The translations under genes were made by a program, and so were the position numbers. The notes under the pieces are model-generated. The model did not search any database. It was not told where the DNA came from and saw nothing but the letters and a program-made list of their open reading frames with translations. From Candidatus Bathyarchaeota archaeon (lineage in GTDB: Archaea > Thermoproteota > Bathyarchaeia > Bathyarchaeales > Bathycorpusculaceae): DNA of 64,000 nucleotides. Position 1 is the stretch's first letter; the number at the start of each line of letters is the position of its first letter. The stretch spans positions 1 through 64,000 of the forward strand of contig CAWGZR010000009.1 of the NCBI GenBank assembly GCA_963827165.1, given 5' to 3'. Shown in pieces: positions 19,320 through 27,875 of this stretch.

Positions 19320-19433
19320 TTGAGTAGCCAAAATGAAGAAAATAAAATTAAACCTAATGAAGAAAATAAACCTAAACCTAAAAACGCCTATGTTAAAAGT
19401 AATCGTCATAATCGCAAATTTCATAGGCGATAG
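19320..19433 (+). CDS. 37-aa microprotein with a NEENK repeat and basic tail
   Basis: GAGGTAGGA SD, TTG start; MSSQNEENKIKPNEENKPKPKNAYVKSNRHNRKFHRR. Confidence 0.45.
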   Translation: MSSQNEENKIKPNEENKPKPKNAYVKSNRHNRKFHRR

Positions 19434-19470
19434 ATTTTGATAAAGAAAGAGGCGGAAAGTATACTCTTAT

Positions 19471-19695
19471 TTAGTAAAGTTCTTTTTTCCCGGTTATATA
19501 TGTCCAAGCGCCGACTATCGCAACTGTTAAACACGCACCGGCCAATCCTGAAATCAGGAAGCTTGACACACCGCCGAGCAATGGCAAAACTGAGATCATC
19601 CATGGGATAACAAAGACTGCTGTTACCTGTGCTATAATGCCTGCTACGAAACCTAAAACAATTATTATACCAAATATTTTCAATCTGCTATTCAT
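19471..19695 (-). CDS. Small two-TM membrane protein
   Basis: AGGTGA SD and two Gly-rich hydrophobic helices; divergent from the ESCRT-III gene. Confidence 0.7.
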   Translation of the reverse strand: MNSRLKIFGIIIVLGFVAGIIAQVTAVFVIPWMISVLPLLGGVSSFLISGLAGACLTVAIVGAWTYITGKKELY

Positions 19696-19831
19696 TTAAT
19701 TCACCTTTTTATTTTTAGCATTACTTGGCGCTTCTCTTTAGGCTAACCTACCTATTTCTGTCTAAACTGTTTAGCGCTTATAGCGTCTTTAGCTCTTATA
19801 GTTAAAGTTTGAAGCAGCTTTTTAGTCGACG

Positions 19832-19849
19832 TATAGCTGTACAGCTATA
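19832..19849. promoter_or_regulatory. Perfect 18-bp palindrome upstream of the ESCRT-III gene
   Basis: tatagctgtacagctata. Confidence 0.45.
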
Positions 19850-19920
19850 TGCTCATGTCGTTATCATATTAACAATGTTAAGATTGTTCGCTTCATTCCC
19901 GTCTTCAGAGGTAATTTAAA

Positions 19921-20580
19921 TTGTCGGAAAGATTTGCGAAAAAGTGGGATAGTAAACGGGAAGATGCGCCATTCTCAAACCGCATTAAAGACGCTGTAAA
20001 ACCGCCGGGACCATTGAAGCCAAGACTAGATTTCGCGGTTAGGAGGATTGATCTTCAAGTTCAGAAGCTTGATCAAGCCACTGACCGATTCAGCCAGAGA
20101 GACAAAGCAATCTTCGCTAGAACAGTTGATGCTTACGCAAAGCATGATATTGCACGCGCAAATGTTTTCGCCTGCGAGTTAGCTGAAGTTCGAAAAATGT
20201 CAAGGTTAATAATGAATTCTAAACTTGCACTTGAACAAATTACATTAAGATTACGAACAGTATCAGAACTTGGCGATGTGGTATCAACATTAGGTCCGGC
20301 CGTAGGGGTTCTACGTTCAGTCAATGCGGGCTTAGTTAGCGTGTGTCCAGAAGCAGAAGGCGAACTGGGCGAAATTGGTAACATGCTAAGCGGACTCATG
20401 ATGGAAGCTAGCCAAGGTTCAGAAACGACATTAAACTTTGGCCCTGTAAACGAGGACGCATCAAAAATTCTTACGGAAGCAGCAACAGTTGCAGAGCAGA
20501 AGATAAAAGACAAGTTTCCAGATCTGCCCCCAGGAATGCCCGCAGCCTCACAAACAGAGAAATCAACAGAGAGCTTCTAA
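19921..20580 (+). CDS. cdvB: ESCRT-III / Snf7-domain CdvB paralogue (CdvB1/B2-like, no C-terminal winged helix)
   Basis: PLKPRL...RANVFACELAEVRKM...ALEQITLRLRTVSELGDVV..L.PA...EDASKILTEAATVAE..FPDLP. Confidence 0.85.
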   Translation: MSERFAKKWDSKREDAPFSNRIKDAVKPPGPLKPRLDFAVRRIDLQVQKLDQATDRFSQRDKAIFARTVDAYAKHDIARANVFACELAEVRKMSRLIMNSKLALEQITLRLRTVSELGDVVSTLGPAVGVLRSVNAGLVSVCPEAEGELGEIGNMLSGLMMEASQGSETTLNFGPVNEDASKILTEAATVAEQKIKDKFPDLPPGMPAASQTEKSTESF

Positions 20581-20926
20581 AATAAGAGGAAAACAAAAAA
20601 CATGTCTAACTCCAATCTTTTTCTTTATGAATATTAATTTAGCGTATTTGTAATTCTACAGTCACAATTGCTTATGTTCTCTCATCGGCATTATTGGGTT
20701 AGGTAAATTTTATGTCGAAGAAACTTCAAACAGCCGATGGGCATCACGAGGAACTTGTTAAGGGTTTGTAAGTAAACCGTCTCATTGTAAGAGAATAATA
20801 TCATTTGATCGTAAAGTTTCTTTTTTGTCGTTAAGACGATACTTGAAAAAATGATTGTTGCAAGGATTAAAACCGCTGGTGTAAGTTCCGGTAATGTGGG
20901 CCGAATGTCTTAATTAATAACTCTAA

Positions 20927-21100
20927 CTATTCCATATCTTTACTTGAAACAAGAAACACAGGGTGTTCTTGTGAATCACCGGATTTATTGCTGGTGCTTT
21001 TATGACCTTCCTTACATCTCATTCCGTATCTTGTTTTAGTTTCATTTTCCCAAACCTTTTCAGTTGATCCACTGCATATTGGACATTTAAAATCTTTCAT
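20927..21100 (-). CDS. 57-aa zinc-ribbon microprotein
   Basis: GGTGA SD; MKDFKCPICSGSTEKVWENETKTRYGMRCKEGH...PVFLV. Confidence 0.65.
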   Translation of the reverse strand: MKDFKCPICSGSTEKVWENETKTRYGMRCKEGHKSTSNKSGDSQEHPVFLVSSKDME

Positions 21101-21544
21101 ATATTTTCACCAAAACCTAAAAAGTCAAAAGTAAATAAATCTTCGCTGTGTTTTTCCAAGTTCTTCTGCTCTGCAGGGGTATTGTTGGCTTGTTTCTTTA
21201 AGTCTTCCTATCGATTGAAAAGACCTTTCGACCCAGTGCGGAAGCTAAGTGAAAATAAAAAGAAATTTCGAAAACATCTCAGGTTCACCATGGTTCAAAT
21301 TGTCAGACACTCGGTCTTTCAGAAGAAAGGAATTACTTTGTTATTGTGAATCTTCTTCCACATTTATTACATGTGAAGGTTTCGATTGTAAAGAAATTGT
21401 AAACTTGACCACCTTAATTAATTAAGCGTGGTCGGCTATTTTTAGTTAAATATTGGCCGCTATTAAAACTCAAAATTATACGTTTCGGGCATTCAATGTA
21501 AGACAAATTAAGAACAAATTGCTATATATTTTAGGTGAATATTT

Positions 21545-21697
21545 ATGCGTAAACAACATAGACCAGAAGGATCAACAACCTCCTCCCAAAGCAGGAGTAG
21601 TATGGCAAGAAAAGCAAATGCTGCCAATAGTTCGAGGCAGAAACAAGCCAACGATAATCGTTCGAGACAAACCCAAGCCGATAATTCAAAGAAGTAA
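21545..21697 (+). CDS. 50-aa basic hydrophilic microprotein with an internal repeat
   Basis: AGGTGA SD, ATG; MRKQHRPEGSTTSSQSRSSMARKANAANSSRQKQANDNRSRQTQADNSKK. Confidence 0.55.
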   Translation: MRKQHRPEGSTTSSQSRSSMARKANAANSSRQKQANDNRSRQTQADNSKK

Positions 21698-22094
21698 AAA
21701 AGTATTTTTTATACTTCTAAATTAATTTTTAATGAGTAGCCTGAATATACTGTAAGCGCGCGTTAACTTGAGTAAGTAGACTTTTCAAGCGTAAAAACAA
21801 TGTTCAGAACAAAGACCCCTTCGAGAAAGCTACGGAAAAGTCTATTTTACTATATTAAAACATGTTCGAATTTGCAGGCTTTTGAGCGAGGGGTGATTAA
21901 TTTGCGGCATTGTTTTTTTTAGCTAAAGGTAAGCATTGGCAAAAGCACCCTCAGAGAGTTAACCTTTCATTGTCGCTTACCCTTTGATTTTTTCTCTCTT
22001 AATTTACTTAAACACCGAAGTACAAAAAAAGCGACAAGAAGCCCTTTATTAAAAAAATGTACTCATAAAGATCCACGGGAAGTATGTGTTTCCC

Positions 22095-22360
22095 TAACTG
22101 GAATCGTTTGGTTGGGTCAACGTTGAATCCAGCGCTAAAGCTTCCCCTTTGATTCTTCCCTTAGTAACTAATACTTCAAGTGTTTGATCTATTACTTTGG
22201 CCAATCGCTCTGGGCCTACTTTGGTTCTAAACCTGGACAATATTGCAATGCCATAAGGGGCCGATTAGGTTCTATGTCGCAGATTTTTTTGAGGCATGGA
22301 TTTTTCCGCATTTGACGTACAAGCATTCTGTCACTGGGAATATGCTTGAGCCGTTTAGTC
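22095..22360 (-). pseudogene. Fragment of an IS5/IS1182-like (DUF772-DDE) transposase
   Basis: LKHIPSDRMLVRQMRKNPCLKKICDIE, frameshift, then YGIAILSRFRTKVGPERL...EALALDST. Confidence 0.55.
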
Positions 22361-22584
22361 CCAATAAGAGGTAGAGGCTCACTTTATTAATTTAGGAGCA
22401 CGCATGCGTGCGTTGCAGAAAATAAAGAAGACGGCGCATTCACGATCAATTAGCGAAAACCGCGACTTTAGTAGTGTGAACTCTCCAATGAATTGGCGCT
22501 TAAATATGGTTCGGCCATTAGCTTTATGTGAGACAACGCTTGAATTGACGGGTTGTACCCCAAAGGTTGGGGAGACAAGTTAAT

Positions 22585-23370
22585 ATGCGAAATGGAGAAA
22601 AAAAGAGAATTCGCAAAATTTTGCTGATAGCGCTTGGGATAGCTTTGCTTTTGTTTTCGCTGGTTGTGGTAGATACATTCGTGTTGCCCTATTTCAAGTC
22701 GTTTCAAACTCAAACTTTCGTCAGCTCGGATTGGGCAGGCTATGGGGTGTCAGCAAATAACTTTTCTCCGCAGCCTACAGTCGACGCTGTGAGTGGGTCT
22801 TGGACTGTGCCGAAGGTTGCCCTTTCTGATTTTGACTCGTTTTCGTCGGTGTGGATAGGTATCGGCGGTGCAGTGGATTCCACGCTTATCCAAGTAGGTT
22901 CTGAACAGGACTCTCTGTCAGGTCAAGCTGTTTACAGTTTATGGTATGAGGCTCTGCCCGGTGATGCGGTACCCATTCAAAACATCACAATTTCGCCCGG
23001 TGACCAGCTCTCAGCATCAATAACACTCGTTAACGCCACAACTCGAAGCTGGTACGTCGGAATAGCCGACGACACGACAGGCGCGTGCTTCACCCAAAAC
23101 TGTCACGAACAAAACCTCACATACAACTCTTTACGGCTAACAGCAGAATGGATTTTAGAAAGACCCACGGTCAACAATCGACTAGCCCAGTTAGCAGACT
23201 TTGGGATCATAACTTTCACAAATATGTCAGCGCAAGTCGGCGGCAGAATAGGCGCCCCAAACACATTCCCAGAAGACCATTTCGTCATGCAAAACAATCA
23301 AAATAACCAAATCGCCACAGCTTCAAACCTGAAAGATCAAGGCACATCATTCACCGTAACATACTCATAA
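22585..23370 (+). CDS. G1-family glutamic endopeptidase, membrane-anchored or secreted
   Basis: SSDWAGY, WIGIGG, LIQVG and AEWILERP motifs; N-terminal TM segment. Confidence 0.85.
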   Translation: MRNGEKKRIRKILLIALGIALLLFSLVVVDTFVLPYFKSFQTQTFVSSDWAGYGVSANNFSPQPTVDAVSGSWTVPKVALSDFDSFSSVWIGIGGAVDSTLIQVGSEQDSLSGQAVYSLWYEALPGDAVPIQNITISPGDQLSASITLVNATTRSWYVGIADDTTGACFTQNCHEQNLTYNSLRLTAEWILERPTVNNRLAQLADFGIITFTNMSAQVGGRIGAPNTFPEDHFVMQNNQNNQIATASNLKDQGTSFTVTYS

Positions 23371-23690
23371 AACATCGACGACAAAGCAGTGCTTAAGCAA
23401 ACGCTCAGTGAAATAGCTAAACTTTAGCCTTTTCTTTGAATATATTCTATACAAGTGTTATCCACTTTTTCTTCCCATAAATTTTTATCTTTTTCTCTCT
23501 CTCGAATTCAAACGCCTACAACTACGCACCTACTCCCACGCACCCGCGCGCGTGTAAAGTTGAAGTCACATACATTGAGCATCCACATAATTTAGGGACA
23601 AAGTAGCGCGCTAGAAATGGTTTGGTAGGTTCTTTTTCCAGTGTTTTAGTCAAAAGTTGTTGATTTTAAATTACGGTTCCGCCCCCTTTT

Positions 23691-25337
23691 CAGACTGTGT
23701 GAAAAGTCTCCTTCTTTGCTTGCTATTTACCGTTAACCTTAAATCTAGACTAGCTTTAGAGCAACAGCAAGAGCTGGAAAGTCATGAGCGAACATATAAC
23801 GGGTCACTGCAGAAATCAGGGAGTTCTCTTCCCAAGCATGCTTGACAACTACGTCGACAAGGAAAACCCGGTACGGTTCATTGACGTTTTTATCGATAGC
23901 CTCAACTTAGAGAAACTCGGATTCAAGCACTCAGTACTCGCAGACACGGGAAGACCATCTTATGATCCTTCAGACCTTCTCAAACTCTACGTTTACGGAT
24001 ACCTCAATCAAGTAAGATCAAGCCGCAAATTAGAGAAAGAATGCCATCGCAATGTCGAGGTCATGTGGCTCATGAAAAAGCTGGCTCCGGACTTCAAAAC
24101 CATAGCTGACTTCCGAAAGAATAACGTAGAATGCATCAAGGGAGTGTTCAAGGAATTTGTTTATCTTTGCAAAAGCCTGGACCTTTACGGTGCTCAGTTG
24201 ATAGCGATTGATGGAACCAAATTTAGGGCCGTCAACTCAAGAAGCAACAATCTCAATGAGAAAACAGTCGCTCTAAGACTCAAGCAAACAGAAGAAAGAA
24301 TAACCCAATACCTCAACGAACTGGATTACAACGATGCGTCCGATTTAGATGAAGAGGAAACCGTCAAGAGAAATGGGCTCAAAGAAAAGATAAGCCAGCT
24401 GGAAGAGACGAAACAACAGTACGAGCATATTCAAGAGCAGATGAAGGCTACAGGCCAAAGAGAGGTTTCTCTTATAGATCCGGATAGCCGCTTGATGAGA
24501 GTAGATAGTCAGCGGCTTGAAGTCGGCTACAACATTCAAACGTCAGTTGACGCTAAACAGCATCTCATCGTTGATTATGACGTGATAAATAACTCAACTG
24601 ACCATCACCAACTTACTAAGAACGCGTTAGCAGCAAAGCAGACTTTGGGTGTAGATGAGCTTGATGTTTTGAGTGACAAGGGCTTCTATGTTGAGAAAGA
24701 CGTTGCCGACTGTGAAGATAATGGCCTAACAGTTTTCATGCCTATTCCTGCTGCTTTTAATCCGTACAAAAGTGTCGGGGTTCCTGAACCCGAGTTCTAC
24801 TCCGACCGATTTGTCTACAATGCAGCTAAGGATGTGTATGTTTGTCCTGCTGGAGAGGATATGCCTTTTTGGAAGCGGAGTAATCGTGGAAAGGGTTTTG
24901 AGGGTAGGTTGTACCGGTCGAAGTGTTGTGCTTCTTGTTTGAAGCGAGGTAAGTGTACGAGGAATAAACGCGGACGTTACATGTTCAGAGGCAGATATGA
25001 TGGCGCTGTTGATCGTCTCAGAGCTAGATTGGTGACTTCTGAAGGCAAAGAGAAGTGTCGTTTAAGAAGGACGATTGTTGAGCATCCGTTTGGAACCATA
25101 AAGCGTGCTTTCAATCAGGGCTATTTGCTTTTGAAGGGATTTAGGAAGGTTAAGGGAGAGGTTGGGTTTACGATGCTTGCTTACAACATGAGACGAGTCA
25201 TCAACATTTTTGGTGTTGGAACGATAATAAATTTGATGAAGAAGTAAAAAAACAGAACACAAGTAAAAGAGTCTTGCAAATAACAGTTCGGATGCTAAAT
25301 GCCTTTAGGAGTTAGCTACGAGTTTTGACACAGTCTG
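23691..25337 (+). mobile_element. IS1182-family insertion sequence, intact
   Basis: TIRs CAGACTGTGTGAAAAGT / AGTTTTGACACAGTCTG with a TTTT target duplication. Confidence 0.93.
23784..25247 (+). CDS. IS1182-family DDE transposase
   Basis: GRPSYDP, SSRKLE, PDFKTIADFR, IDGTK, DPDSR, GYNIQ, SDKGF, YVCPAG, VEHPFGTIK. Confidence 0.95.
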   Translation: MSEHITGHCRNQGVLFPSMLDNYVDKENPVRFIDVFIDSLNLEKLGFKHSVLADTGRPSYDPSDLLKLYVYGYLNQVRSSRKLEKECHRNVEVMWLMKKLAPDFKTIADFRKNNVECIKGVFKEFVYLCKSLDLYGAQLIAIDGTKFRAVNSRSNNLNEKTVALRLKQTEERITQYLNELDYNDASDLDEEETVKRNGLKEKISQLEETKQQYEHIQEQMKATGQREVSLIDPDSRLMRVDSQRLEVGYNIQTSVDAKQHLIVDYDVINNSTDHHQLTKNALAAKQTLGVDELDVLSDKGFYVEKDVADCEDNGLTVFMPIPAAFNPYKSVGVPEPEFYSDRFVYNAAKDVYVCPAGEDMPFWKRSNRGKGFEGRLYRSKCCASCLKRGKCTRNKRGRYMFRGRYDGAVDRLRARLVTSEGKEKCRLRRTIVEHPFGTIKRAFNQGYLLLKGFRKVKGEVGFTMLAYNMRRVINIFGVGTIINLMKK

Positions 25338-25341
25338 TTTT

Positions 25342-25366
25342 GGGGTCAAATCCCACCGGGCCCGCA
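25342..25366 (+). repeat. tRNA-3'-end-like site
   Basis: GGGGTCAAATCCCAC-CGGGCCC-GC; left arm 23628-23690 is homologous to 14159-14220. Confidence 0.65.
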
Positions 25367-25425
25367 ACTTAACAACTGCTCAAAAAATTCATTTTTAACA
25401 GGAAAATGGTGCTGGAATTCACCAC

Positions 25426-26052
25426 TCAGCGCCTGCCCGAACTCCCAAGTAGTTCTTCCGAGTTAAAACCCAAGTGTGGACCTAGGCCGGGGCGCAAAAA
25501 CCCTTTATTTCGCCTCATTTTGCTAAATAAGGGCATAATTTGGCTTAATTTCTTATAAGCGCGCGCTAAACTTACTATGCGACTTCCAAGTGAGATTAAG
25601 AAAAATCCGAGGAAAGCAAACTCTACAAAACTAAATATTGCTTTTATCGGAAAAATTAACGTTAAGACTATACCTATGTAGAGGGCGCTTCCCGCATATT
25701 TTCCTACGGGATCGTACAGTTTTTTGGAGTAGAGGCTTGTTACTAAGAATTGAATAAACAATGCACTTATGAGGAGCAATAGCCAAATTGGATAGTATCC
25801 ATTAGCGCTGAAAATTACGTATATGCCAAACACAAGAATAAAATCTGTTGTAGCATCATAGTAGCCGCCAAGCCTTGAGGTCACCTTTAATCTTCTCGCC
25901 AAATAACCGTCAAAAAAGTCAGTCGCAGCCGAAAAAGCAAGTAAAATTAAGCATAAGCTAATGTTTCCTATGTTGAATAAATAAAAGAACAAGGGCAAAA
26001 CTGCGATTCGAAACGAACTTATGAGACTGGGAATTATGATTAGTTTCCGCAC
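25426..26052 (-). CDS. CDP-alcohol phosphatidyltransferase family protein
   Basis: PSLISSFR, TDFFDGYLARR...SRLGGYYDATTD motif; C-terminus runs through the att-like site. Confidence 0.85.
   Translation of the reverse strand: MRKLIIIPSLISSFRIAVLPLFFYLFNIGNISLCLILLAFSAATDFFDGYLARRLKVTSRLGGYYDATTDFILVFGIYVIFSANGYYPIWLLLLISALFIQFLVTSLYSKKLYDPVGKYAGSALYIGIVLTLIFPIKAIFSFVEFAFLGFFLISLGSRIVSLARAYKKLSQIMPLFSKMRRNKGFLRPGLGPHLGFNSEELLGSSGRR
25427..25542 (+). repeat. attP-like hybrid site (tRNA-Asp core with both arms)
   Basis: 25456-25495 matches 33117-33156 at 35/40 nt; 25485-25542 resembles 6519-6575. Confidence 0.75.
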
Positions 26053-26177
26053 GGTCTATCACTTTATCGAGATTACGCATCGCGCCACATTCATCTTGGC
26101 GAGCCTAGCCAATAATCGGCAAATTTCTTAGAAGGAAAAATAGTAGGTGAAATTAGGGTAGTTTGAATAAGCGTGAA

Positions 26178-26345
26178 TTATTGCTTTAGAAGAAAAAGGC
26201 ATATCGTTGTTACTATAGCTAATAACACGGTTAGTCCACCAAAGACGGCGTGAACAGTATGATACGTAGATCCGCTGACACCCGCAGTAATTACCCCTAA
26301 AATTACTGTCAGAATAGAAAGTATGCGTACGGTTTTTAGGTTCAT
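26178..26345 (-). CDS. 55-aa two-TM microprotein with a YHTVH loop
   Basis: GGTGA SD, ATG; MNLKTVRILSILTVILGVITAGVSGSTYHTVHAVFGGLTVLLAIVTTICLFLLKQ. Confidence 0.65.
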   Translation of the reverse strand: MNLKTVRILSILTVILGVITAGVSGSTYHTVHAVFGGLTVLLAIVTTICLFLLKQ

Positions 26346-26400
26346 TTGATTCACCACTTTTATGACTGCATGTTTTCATGATCGTGTACCGGTTTATTGT

Positions 26401-26841
26401 CTAAGAAAGGGTTTTGGCTAATTTCTCGCCCAGTTGTTTTGCTTGTTGCTTGTCCGTTTCTGAAATTTTGTTACCTATGGCGAGCCCAGGTAGAATAAGC
26501 TTAGGGTTGAACGCTTTGAGTATGCTTTCGATGTTTGCGGTGGTCTTAGTTTGGCTGCCGCCACCAGTGGCGAATGCAACCATAGGTTTACCAGCTAATT
26601 TTTCGCGCACAAAATAAAAGTCTGTCAACAAAGTCAACAATGGGCCTGACATCATACTAAAGTATGCTGGCGACCCAAATGCGAATCCGTCAGCTTCAAC
26701 TGCTTCTCGTGCATTGATGTCCGCAACATTTTTTATTTCAACGTCGACTCCTTTGACGCTTTTTGCGCCCTCTGCTATGGCTTCGGCAACTTGTTTTGTG
26801 TTTCCGGTTTTAGAATAATATGCAACTAACACTTTTGGCAC
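26401..26841 (-). CDS. Flavodoxin / WrbA-like protein
   Basis: YYSKTGNTKQVAEAIAEGA, GSPAYF, LAGK..AFATGG. Confidence 0.9.
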   Translation of the reverse strand: MPKVLVAYYSKTGNTKQVAEAIAEGAKSVKGVDVEIKNVADINAREAVEADGFAFGSPAYFSMMSGPLLTLLTDFYFVREKLAGKPMVAFATGGGSQTKTTANIESILKAFNPKLILPGLAIGNKISETDKQQAKQLGEKLAKTLS

Positions 26842-26919
26842 TTAAATTCCTCTATTTTATGAACAACTGGAGAAAATAGTTTTATATAGTTTTGGGTAAT
26901 TATAATATACTAAAACTTA

Positions 26920-27705
26920 GTGTTTAAAATGACCAAAAAAAATGACCCAGCTGACCAAGAAACTGTAACTTATGCCCTTCGTGAACTTAAACAGGAAGTT
27001 GGCAGCCTAAAAGCCGAGTTAGGCAGGATAGAAGGGGTAATCCTAAAAGATCGGTTAAGCGCAGTGGAAGAAGCTCTGTCTCAAAACCGCTTAATGCAAT
27101 ACGCTGACCTCCTAAATGAAGAAGCCAGTGGCGATATTGACGGGCTGCTAAATGCAGATTGCGAAAAAAGGATAAAATGCCATGAATACTTTGAAGATCA
27201 ATTGGCTAAAAGCCTGCTAATTGTTAAATCATGCGAATCGAAAGACGCGTTGGCTGATCTGGATGCAAAAATAAACCAAATGGGGATTCAAGCTGAAAAA
27301 GCTAAAGGCACTCAATGCGAGAGCTGTAAAACAAAATTTCAGAAGAAACTAAAAAGAGAAAAAAGAGCTTTCCAAACAATAATTCTTGTCGAAAAAATCA
27401 ATGATGACAACCGCAATCAAGAAGTAATTGATGTTTCTTTCATTGTTGAAAATTTGCTTGAGCCACTGGCTAGCCCTGTGCGGCTTAAGATTCTTATCAG
27501 TTTGTATGAAGGAAAGAAGAATTTCTCTAAATTGTCCCAAATAATGGAGCTAAAAGGCGGTCACCTTATTTTTCATATTAAAAAGCTTCTTGATTCGAAG
27601 TTCATAGCTCAAGAGGACAACAAAGGTGGCTACATCATAACCCCCAAAGGGGTAGATGCAATAAAAAAGATCTCATTTCTACAATCAACAGAAAAGCAGT
27701 TATAG
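26920..27705 (+). CDS. ArsR-type winged-HTH regulator with a Cys-containing coiled-coil N-terminus
   Basis: LEPLASPVRLKIL..FSKLSQ..LKGGHLIFHIKKL..GGYIITPKG; CEKRIKC and CESC motifs. Confidence 0.8.
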   Translation: MFKMTKKNDPADQETVTYALRELKQEVGSLKAELGRIEGVILKDRLSAVEEALSQNRLMQYADLLNEEASGDIDGLLNADCEKRIKCHEYFEDQLAKSLLIVKSCESKDALADLDAKINQMGIQAEKAKGTQCESCKTKFQKKLKREKRAFQTIILVEKINDDNRNQEVIDVSFIVENLLEPLASPVRLKILISLYEGKKNFSKLSQIMELKGGHLIFHIKKLLDSKFIAQEDNKGGYIITPKGVDAIKKISFLQSTEKQL

Positions 27706-27875
27706 CATAATTATTGCTTTAAGTTAACCTTTTGGTAAAATAATTGGAAATGTCATTGTAAATACAAAAAGACAAATAGCAACCGAATTGCGCGTTCGAT
27801 AATAACGTTTATACGTTGAATTACATTTGATTTAGTTACATGCTTTTTGTTTACCCTGAATCGGAATAATTTGAC

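Noticed and set aside
19176-19424. Minus-strand Phe-rich ORF, and likewise ORFs 21453-21725 and 26128-26379
   Set aside because: Shadow frames of SD-led microproteins on the other strand or in another frame.
14223-25337. Composite transposon formed by the two inverted IS1182 copies
   Set aside because: Each copy sits in its own reconstructable hairpin target and the copies are diverged, so independent insertions fit better.
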